This document shows, one piece after another, positions 25,448-32,000 of a DNA stretch of 32,000 nucleotides. The notes under the pieces are model-generated. The model had not been told where the DNA came from and searched no databases. It saw only the letters and a list, made by a program, of their open reading frames with translations. The position numbers and the translations under genes were made by a program. How positions within the stretch are numbered: the first letter of the stretch is position 1; every line of letters begins with the position of its first letter. Origin of the DNA: Nostoc punctiforme PCC 73102 (lineage in GTDB: Bacteria; Cyanobacteriota; Cyanobacteriia; Cyanobacteriales; Nostocaceae); the NCBI RefSeq assembly GCF_000020025.1, contig NC_010628.1:6390001-6422000 (forward strand), written 5' to 3'.

Positions 25448-27211
25448 TCATCCGCCCAAAGTCCGAGTATAAATTACCTGACCTTGAGAATCATAAAGGA
25501 TAAGGGACAGGTTGGCATTATCACTAATTACAGCTAGAGCTTCTCGTAAGATTTGCAAGTGATTGGTAACATCAACAGCAGTACTAGAATTCTCAGAATA
25601 AGGATTAGCCAAGTTCTTTTGTCTTACTTGGTCATACTCAGAAGTTAAACGGACAATAATTCCTGCATTGTCTATGTTAAAGGTACAAATCTGAATTTCA
25701 TTAATACAGGTTTTATCCAAGTCAGTGCGAGTTTGTTGCAAACTACTAACAACTTGTACTTTTTCTTGTGCTTGTTTGAGAGCTGTTGAATAGGGTTCGA
25801 TGAGGGACTGAGCTTGAGTGTAGTACAAGCTATCTTGGGAAATTTTTTTAACAGTTTGCAAAGCCTGCTCCCAGTATGTCGCGGCTGCTTGCCATTGGTT
25901 TTGTTGCTGATAAAGCTTGGCTTGCTTGGCGGTGCTAAGAACTTGTTGGTAGGTTTTTACAGCTAATTGTTCCTTCGTTGTGCGATCGCGTGCCGCCATC
26001 AGTTTAGGTTTATAATCTACCAACAGCTTTTCAGCTTCTTGGTATTTAGGGCTAGTTAAGGGAATACTATTCAAAGCATTAATCGCTACCAGCCAAGTAG
26101 ACCGCACCTTCTGCCAATCATTCAAAGATTTAGCAGTACCTTCTTGCTTTTCGGCAGCACTAGCTACAGCTTTTGCTGCTGTTAGTTTTTTTAGCCATTT
26201 TTCCTCAGTAAATATCTGCTGATTTATAGCGTGCAAACGAACTCGATAATTAATCAATTTCCCTTGTACTAGCCCATAGAGTTCACTGTCGGAACTTATA
26301 GTTTCTAGTGGTGCTATAGCCTGTCGCCATAAATGCTGCCTAGCTTGTAATTCCTCTAGACTATGTGCAGGAGTTTGAACTTGTTGCGTCGCCAAAGATG
26401 CCGTCTGTAAAGCCTTGACTACCTGGTTGATTTTTTCTGATCGTCCAGACAAACTTGCTTTTAGTTCTTCTGACACCTGGGAACGAGGCGACCAACTAGG
26501 AATTACATTCAAGGCTGTACTAGCTGCCGCAAGTTGCTGTTGTACGGCTACTAATTCTTGTTCAGACTTGGCACGGCGGATCAGTTGTGGAGATTTTGTT
26601 TTTAATCGCTCGGCATTTTGTATTTCTTTACACTCCGACATAACACAAGGGCGAGTCAAAAAGTAAGCACCACTACTTAAGATGACAATTCCTACCAAGG
26701 CTACACCCAGCAGCATGGGTTTGATTGCGAATGCTTTTGAAGTCGGCAAATTCGGCGCATCTGCAAACGGGTCAAACAGTTCCTCTTCTTCTGTCTCATC
26801 AAGTGATGGAGAATAAGTCAAAGCAGATGAAGAAATAGGATAAAAGTATTGCCCCTCTGCTCCCCCTGCCTCTCCTGCTCCCCCTACTTCCTCATCTCCC
26901 CATCCCCTCGTCTGCTTCAGGGGTAGAAAACATTTGGCATAAGGGAGTTGTTCACCAGAAACTCTGAGAAAACATTGCACTCGCTGCTCTCTATGGGGTG
27001 CTAGAGACTGAAGTACTTCCTCAATGACTGCAAAGATTATCTGAGCGTCAGCTATTACATCTGATTCATGTTGCGTTAAAATCATTAGCCCGTCTTTATT
27101 GACGGCACACTTAACCTCGAAGACTTCAGCCGATGAGACTTCTACAAGCAATTGTTCCTGCAAAGTCTTGGCTAAAAGCTGTAAATCTTCGTGCTGGACT
27201 GCTACTTTCAT
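25448..27211 (-). CDS. Hypothetical single-pass membrane protein with long helical C-terminal region
   Basis: The track start at 27298 is GTG. The ATG at 27211 (MKVAVQHEDL...) is an equally plausible start. One TM segment (PMLLGVALVGIVILSSGAYFL). The C-terminal ~390 aa are Q/A/K-rich and look helical. No family was recognised. Confidence 0.6.
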   Translation of the reverse strand: MKVAVQHEDLQLLAKTLQEQLLVEVSSAEVFEVKCAVNKDGLMILTQHESDVIADAQIIFAVIEEVLQSLAPHREQRVQCFLRVSGEQLPYAKCFLPLKQTRGWGDEEVGGAGEAGGAEGQYFYPISSSALTYSPSLDETEEEELFDPFADAPNLPTSKAFAIKPMLLGVALVGIVILSSGAYFLTRPCVMSECKEIQNAERLKTKSPQLIRRAKSEQELVAVQQQLAAASTALNVIPSWSPRSQVSEELKASLSGRSEKINQVVKALQTASLATQQVQTPAHSLEELQARQHLWRQAIAPLETISSDSELYGLVQGKLINYRVRLHAINQQIFTEEKWLKKLTAAKAVASAAEKQEGTAKSLNDWQKVRSTWLVAINALNSIPLTSPKYQEAEKLLVDYKPKLMAARDRTTKEQLAVKTYQQVLSTAKQAKLYQQQNQWQAAATYWEQALQTVKKISQDSLYYTQAQSLIEPYSTALKQAQEKVQVVSSLQQTRTDLDKTCINEIQICTFNIDNAGIIVRLTSEYDQVRQKNLANPYSENSSTAVDVTNHLQILREALAVISDNANLSLILYDSQGQVIYTRTLGG

Positions 27212-27860
27212 AGAGCTTTCCCGCTTAACTTCTATATTGTTTTGATTATTTTTAAGAGGATGAAATGAACTTTTTAGTTTTGTTGAATGCAAATGCACAG
27301 TTTAACCAACCACAGCCTGAAAATCTGAACGACCAACTTTCTAACACAAATTCTGACTTTTCACCAAAAATTAAAAAAGTAATTATTGTTCGCGGCGCTA
27401 CATTTTCACACTACTAGATACAAAATTAAATGATCTGTCTTCAGATATAAATTACAAATAAAAAATGGGAATAATAGGGTTTTTGAGTATTTTCACTGCA
27501 TTATTTTGCGACAGTTAAATTTAAAGTAGCTACTACTCTGTACATTTTTAGTTGCAGAGCAGTTGTGAAAATTTTATCCAAAGGTTAAGGAAACAGTGCT
27601 AAGTCAGAGGGTTTTGACAGAAATGGTAGTTATCTTCTATGCTGGAAAACTTACTGAGGAGATTAATTACGTGTTGTGGCTCTGGCACAAACAGGTTAGC
27701 TATCAAAATTAATATGCCTCATTTGCTGGATTCGATAAAATTGATCCGTGAAAAAGAAATTTTTATAGCTGCCAAAAACTTAATTTTTAAATAAAAGTGC
27801 TGCAAAATATTAAAACAGCACTCACTAAAAGCTTGGAAAGTGTCAATACAAGGTGTATCA

Positions 27861-29087
27861 ATGGATTTATTAGAGTATCAAGTTAAAGAATGGTTTGGGA
27901 AGATAGGCATTCCGGTCTTGCCCTCCCAACGGATTGACCATCCTACAGATTTGAAACGTTTAAAAATTCGCTTTCCGATTGTACTGAAATCTCAAGTACA
28001 TGGAGCAGAGCGGGCAAAAGCGGGTGGAGTCAGGTTTGCCGAAACGACAATTGATGCGATCGCAGCTGCTCAAAATATTTTTAGTCTACCAATATGGGGC
28101 GAATTGCCAGAAGTGGTGCTGGCAGAATCCCAATACGACGCGAACCAAGAATTTTATTTAGCGGTAGTGTTAGATACTGCTGTCTGCCGACCAGTACTTT
28201 TAGGTTGTAAAGAAGCAGACATCGATTGGGAATCTGCTGGGGAAAAAATGCATCATGTTGTTGTGGAACAGGAATTTTCACCATTTTATGCCCGAAGACT
28301 GGCTTTGAAAATGGGTTTACAAGGGACGCTGATGCAGTCGGTAAGCAGCGTTTTGGAGAAGATGTACCATTTATTTGTGCAAAAAGACCTGGATTTAGTC
28401 GAAATAAATCCCTTGGCAGTTAGTGCTAATGGTCAAGTTATGGCTCTCAATGGTAAAGTCAGGATCAATGAACGGGCAATCAAGCGTCATCCAGACCTAG
28501 CTGAGATGGCAGCAAAAATTATCAGCCGTCATACCAGTACTGAAATTAATGGTATTTTAGGTGACTGGGATGGTGTGAAAATGCACGGTAAAATCGGTAT
28601 TTTAGGTAATGGGACTGGTTCAGTGATGGCAACTTTGGATTTAGTCGCCAATGCTGGTGGCAATCCAGGTGTTTGTTTAAATCTACGTCATGCTTTCCTC
28701 ACAGATACGACACCAACTACCTTCCGCGATCGCCTAGAGACAGGTCTGAAAATCCTGGAAGCTGACAAAGGCATTCAAGTAATACTAATAAACTTCCTGG
28801 GTAGCATTCCTCAAACAGAGGAAGTGGTTAAAGTTATAGCCAGAGTTGTACAGCAAGACAACAGCGAACTTGAATCACAAGTTGTACGTTCTAATGGTAG
28901 TAAAAGTCGTCAAGTACAGAATTTTACACCCTTAGTTATCCGTCTTGCTGGTTCTGAATTTAATGCTGCTAGAAAATATCTAGCAACACTAAAAACCCAC
29001 AGCGATGCGCTACTCGTGGTAGAAAATTTAGATGAGGCAGTGGCGGCAGCAGTTCGTCTTGCTAAACCAACTGCTAATAAAAAGTAG
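27861..29087 (+). CDS. sucC: Succinate--CoA ligase beta-subunit-like protein (ATP-grasp), divergent
   Basis: I prefer the ATG at 27861 (MDLLEYQVKEWFGKIGIPV...) over the GTG at 27840. ATP-grasp landmarks VLKSQV, KAGGV and LVEINPL are present. The C-terminal ligase-CoA motifs are degenerate (see finding). Confidence 0.8.
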   Translation: MDLLEYQVKEWFGKIGIPVLPSQRIDHPTDLKRLKIRFPIVLKSQVHGAERAKAGGVRFAETTIDAIAAAQNIFSLPIWGELPEVVLAESQYDANQEFYLAVVLDTAVCRPVLLGCKEADIDWESAGEKMHHVVVEQEFSPFYARRLALKMGLQGTLMQSVSSVLEKMYHLFVQKDLDLVEINPLAVSANGQVMALNGKVRINERAIKRHPDLAEMAAKIISRHTSTEINGILGDWDGVKMHGKIGILGNGTGSVMATLDLVANAGGNPGVCLNLRHAFLTDTTPTTFRDRLETGLKILEADKGIQVILINFLGSIPQTEEVVKVIARVVQQDNSELESQVVRSNGSKSRQVQNFTPLVIRLAGSEFNAARKYLATLKTHSDALLVVENLDEAVAAAVRLAKPTANKK

Positions 29088-29144
29088 TGACTGTGATTTT
29101 GCTCCAAATCAAAAATTATTAATTTTTACCACGTAAATATATTG

Positions 29145-29327
29145 TTGGGAATTGGGCATTAGGCATTGGGCATAGAGAAGAGACAAGGGAGACAAGGAAG
29201 AGGGGGGAGACAAGAGAGAGACTTGTTCAATAATTCCCCCTTGTCCCCCTTGTCCCCCTTGTCTTCCTTGTCTTCCTGCCTCCCCTGCTCCCCCTGCTCC
29301 CTGCTCCCTACCCCCTATCCCTCACCT
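29145..29327. repeat. Purine-arm/pyrimidine-arm hairpin element, copy C (longest)
   Basis: Heptamers TTGGGAA/TTGGGCA/TTAGGCA/TTGGGCA, then the 44-mer at 29177-29220 identical to copy A. CTTGTCCCCC x3 and CTTGTCTTCC x2 follow, then a CCTGCTCCC-type tract. It lies between sucC and sucD. Confidence 0.85.
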
Positions 29328-29370
29328 AGTGGCTTAATTCACTGGGTTGTCAAACTTACGGTAATTTTTT

Positions 29371-30258
29371 ATGAACCTAACGCCAGAAAGTAAAGTACTA
29401 ATTCAAGGCTTTTGTGAATTTATATCAGGCACTCATGTTGCTCAAATGCAAGCTTATGGTACGAATTTGGTAGCAGGTGTCAATCCGGGATGTGGCGGAC
29501 AGGAACTACATGGACTGCCAGTATTTGACTTAGTAGAGGAGGTAATAGAACAATTTGGGGTAATTGACACAACGATTATCTGTGTAGATCCTTACGACGT
29601 GCTAGATGCTGCATTAGAAGCGATCGCATCTCATATTAGCCAGATCATTATTATCACTGCCGGCGTGCCACCTTTGGATATGGTGCAATTACTCCGCAAA
29701 GCCGAAGCCTGTGAAACTTTGGTAATCGGGCCTAACAGTCCGGGGATCATTGTGCCGGGAAAAATTCTTTTAGGCACTCAACCTAGTGAGTTTTATACTC
29801 CTGGGGTAGTGGGAATCGTTAGTCGTAGCAGTACTCTCACCTACGAAGTTGCTTACGAATTAACAAAAGCAGGTTTGGGGCAGTCGATTAGTGTCAGTAT
29901 TGGTAGTGATGCGATCGTTGGTTCCTCCTTTCTCCAATGGTTGCAAATTCTGGATGAGGATGAAACTACAGAGGCGATCGTTTTAGTCGGTCAACCAGGT
30001 GGTGGTAGTGAAGAAGCAGCAGCCCGGTATATTGCTGAGGCAATTGATAAACCAGTAATTGCCTACATTGCAGGTAGACAAGCGCCACCAGGAAAAAGTT
30101 GGCGGCAAACAGGGACTTTAGCAACGGTTATCGGACGCGATCCTAACTTTGGCACAGCCCAAAGTAAATTAGCTGCTTTAAAAGAAGCAGAAGTTCCAGT
30201 AGCTGAACGCCCTTCTCAGATTCCAGAATTATTGAGAAAGGAAATTAAAATTAATTAA
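29371..30258 (+). CDS. sucD: Succinate--CoA ligase alpha-subunit-like protein, lacking the GHAGA phosphohistidine loop
   Basis: 295-aa ORF. SucD landmarks YGTNLVAGVNPGCGG, GLPVFD, GPNSPG, VGIVSRSSTLTYE and KPVIAYIAG..APPGK are present. The loop reads KSWRQTGTLATVI where KRMGHAGAII is expected. Confidence 0.8.
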   Translation: MNLTPESKVLIQGFCEFISGTHVAQMQAYGTNLVAGVNPGCGGQELHGLPVFDLVEEVIEQFGVIDTTIICVDPYDVLDAALEAIASHISQIIIITAGVPPLDMVQLLRKAEACETLVIGPNSPGIIVPGKILLGTQPSEFYTPGVVGIVSRSSTLTYEVAYELTKAGLGQSISVSIGSDAIVGSSFLQWLQILDEDETTEAIVLVGQPGGGSEEAAARYIAEAIDKPVIAYIAGRQAPPGKSWRQTGTLATVIGRDPNFGTAQSKLAALKEAEVPVAERPSQIPELLRKEIKIN

Positions 30259-30267
30259 TTAATTAAT
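30250..30267. repeat. 18-nt perfect palindrome ATTAATTAATTAATTAAT containing both convergent stop codons
   Basis: The centre of symmetry lies between 30258 and 30259. The sucD-like gene ends ATT AAT TAA on the plus strand and the kinase-like gene ends ATT AAT TAA on the minus strand. Confidence 0.9.
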
Positions 30268-31452
30268 TACAAAAAGCGAAGGAAGCAATAATCTGGCTTC
30301 GTCTGCCAATTCTAATCCATGAGTAATAGCGATCGCTCTTGATGTGATAATCTCGTCAAAAGTTCGCCCAAAGCGCTGCTCAAGCCAGCTATGACGAGAT
30401 TCGTTTTGCACTAGCTTTAACAGCCTCCCTGCGATTAGACCAAAATGAAGTGCCGCTAAAGCAGCATAAGTAAAGCGCACAATACGTTCATCTCCATTCC
30501 ACCCAGCAGAACGTAACCCCGTTAAGTAACCCTCAAGCACAAGTTTTTCCAAGGGTATCAGTGATGAACCATTGACGAACAATAAGAAAACGCTGTCCAG
30601 CACCAAATTTATAATGTCTTCTCCCAGAACACCATAGCCAACAAAAGACCAATCGATGAGAACAGTCTGGTCATTGCCATCTGGGTTATGTCGAGAAAAC
30701 AAGTTGTTGGGCGTAATATCAAAGTGGCAGAGTGTATGGGGTGCTTTGTCCACAGCATCGAGGAGGATATGGCGATCGCTCCACAAGTCCATCACGCGAT
30801 CGCCGATATCTGGGGAAAATATCTCTTTTAGCAGAGGGTGCTGCCATACAGCAGGTTCTCGCCACGCTTCTAATGCAGTATTATCGATATTTGACACCCA
30901 TGCTCGATGCCAGCCACGACTCAGCCAAGGCTCATAAGGCAATGATTGTGCCATTACATAGCTTCCTTGTAAATAACCAAGGTGACGAGCCGCTAAACCA
31001 AAGCGCTCCATAGTCCAAGTGCTACCAGAACTACCCTGAATATCCTCCAGCCACAGCCAGACGACATTAGCAGATGGCTCTGTAATCCCGAAGCAACGGG
31101 GGGCTACTAAGTCGCCAGTCAGATTATCGAGCATTCCTGATGTATATATCAACGCCTCACGTTGCCAGTAATTCCAGTGTGTGGGGTCTTGAGAAGAATT
31201 GAAAATAGAGCCAGCATTTTCTGGTTGTAAGTGCAAAATTTTCAGAATTACCGACCAAGATAATTGTTCGCTGCCATTGTTAGCAATACCAGTAATGCGC
31301 TGCAAACCGGCTGTAACGTTATTAATAATATGGTGGGCGATCGCTTCGGAGTGCCATTCGCCCAGAGTGGCAGTTTTACTGTCGAGTATATGACAGACAA
31401 CGATCGTTAATGTCGCCTCATCAATTAGCGGATGCGCGGTAGGTAAATTCAT
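30259..31452 (-). CDS. Phosphotransferase-family protein (APH/choline-kinase-like fold)
   Basis: 397-aa ORF. Catalytic-loop motif HFDITPNNLF (HxDxxxxN) and the metal-binding segment LIDWSFVGYGVLGEDI (the DxD/DWS type). Confidence 0.75.
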   Translation of the reverse strand: MNLPTAHPLIDEATLTIVVCHILDSKTATLGEWHSEAIAHHIINNVTAGLQRITGIANNGSEQLSWSVILKILHLQPENAGSIFNSSQDPTHWNYWQREALIYTSGMLDNLTGDLVAPRCFGITEPSANVVWLWLEDIQGSSGSTWTMERFGLAARHLGYLQGSYVMAQSLPYEPWLSRGWHRAWVSNIDNTALEAWREPAVWQHPLLKEIFSPDIGDRVMDLWSDRHILLDAVDKAPHTLCHFDITPNNLFSRHNPDGNDQTVLIDWSFVGYGVLGEDIINLVLDSVFLLFVNGSSLIPLEKLVLEGYLTGLRSAGWNGDERIVRFTYAALAALHFGLIAGRLLKLVQNESRHSWLEQRFGRTFDEIITSRAIAITHGLELADEARLLLPSLFVIN

Positions 31453-31498
31453 TGAATCAATGCTTTCTAAAATTTCAACGTCTGACTGGAGCTAGGAT

Positions 31499-31529
31499 AA
31501 GAAAGAATTGTTAAACAAATTTCTTTCTT
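31499..31529 (-). terminator. A/T-rich hairpin 3' of the partial gene
   Basis: AAGAAAGAA / TTCTTTCTT: a 9-bp perfect stem with a 13-nt loop, 43 nt downstream of the stop at 31572. The stem has little GC, so the call is weak. Confidence 0.25.
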
Positions 31530-31571
31530 GTCTTACCCATGAAGACAATCTTTGAATCCTGAATTAACGTT

Positions 31572-32000
31572 CTAGTAAAGTGTCACTCCTTGGTTATAAG
31601 CATTGACAAAACTCGTGTAGTCGTACTCGACTTGAGTTGCATAGTCCACCGCAAAGTTAACAATTTCGTCTTTAAATAGACCCTTGTTACCGCCCACAAT
31701 ATCAGTCACCTCTTTGTCAACACTCACAGAAACGATCGCAGCATCGTAGTCTTTATCTGAGATTGCATGGTTCTTGGCAACGACTTTTCCCGCATATCCC
31801 ATTGCATCCATGAATTTTGACTTAGTGGTTAGCAACGTATAGTCAAAGTCTACTTGGTAGGGTGATTTTTCATGCAGCATAAAGGGGATGCTATTGACCG
31901 TAGTGTAGCCAACCAAGGGATCGGTATTGGAGAGCATTGCTTTTGCGGCGATTGTTACCCGCGCCCCTTCTTGGTTTCCGTAAACTGAAGTTGGTAGCAG
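31572..32000 (-). CDS. Hypothetical protein, partial (5' end beyond window)
   Basis: The frame stays open from the stop at 31572 to the window edge (..LLPTSVYGNQEGARVTIAAKAMLSNTDPLVGY...). The ATG at 31937 is an alternative start. No family was recognised. Confidence 0.45.
   Translation of the reverse strand: MLPTSVYGNQEGARVTIAAKAMLSNTDPLVGYTTVNSIPFMLHEKSPYQVDFDYTLLTTKSKFMDAMGYAGKVVAKNHAISDKDYDAAIVSVSVDKEVTDIVGGNKGLFKDEIVNFAVDYATQVEYDYTSFVNAYNQGVTLY

Noticed and set aside
29166-29393. 75-aa plus-strand ORF between sucC-like and sucD-like
   Set aside because: Repeat-derived translation of element C. It overlaps the sucD-like start in another frame.

Overview
The window looks like a chromosomal segment from a filamentous Nostoc/Anabaena-type cyanobacterium. 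This is inferred from numerous GCGATCGC (HIP1) palindromes, tandem heptamer STRR-type repeats (CCCCAGT, TTGGGCA, TTAGTCA, GAGTTAG) and the cyanobacteria-specific genes ndhS, cpcT and thf1. I call 26 CDS (one runs off the right edge) and 2 pseudogene remnants. I found no rRNA, tRNA or CRISPR array. Gene content is mostly housekeeping: ugd-uxs (UDP-xylose branch), a CPA2 antiporter with a tandem USP-like tail, ndhS, rodA, mrp/apbC, hemF, a STAS protein, cpcT, thf1, exbB-exbD, a giant GH15/phosphorylase-kinase-like protein, mgtE, pyrB, a sucC/sucD-like pair and an APH-like kinase. I do not see a classical defence or mobile island, and no self-contained multi-gene system that I can call novel with confidence. 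The leads, strongest first: (1) The SucC/SucD-like pair has intact ORFs, but the alpha subunit lacks the GHAGA phosphohistidine loop and several other signature motifs are replaced. (2) A GxxExxY (PD-(D/E)XK-fold) gene sits in a roughly 450-bp cassette bounded by imperfect inverted repeats, one of which overlaps the neighbour's stop codon. (3) A decayed locus holds a 5'-truncated SdhA/AprA-like flavoprotein, an intact 2x[4Fe-4S] ferredoxin and an aldo/keto-reductase fragment. (4) ExbB and ExbD carry proline-rich tails and no TonB gene is adjacent. (5) Repeats are unusually dense. They include a 140-185-bp purine/pyrimidine hairpin element in three copies, repeat-like stretches read in frame inside CDS, and repeat arrays that abut stop codons. 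(6) The mgtE leader has mutually exclusive hairpins and an anti-SD-like sequence. Everything here comes from reading the sequence and ORF track by eye. No database search, folding or alignment program was run.
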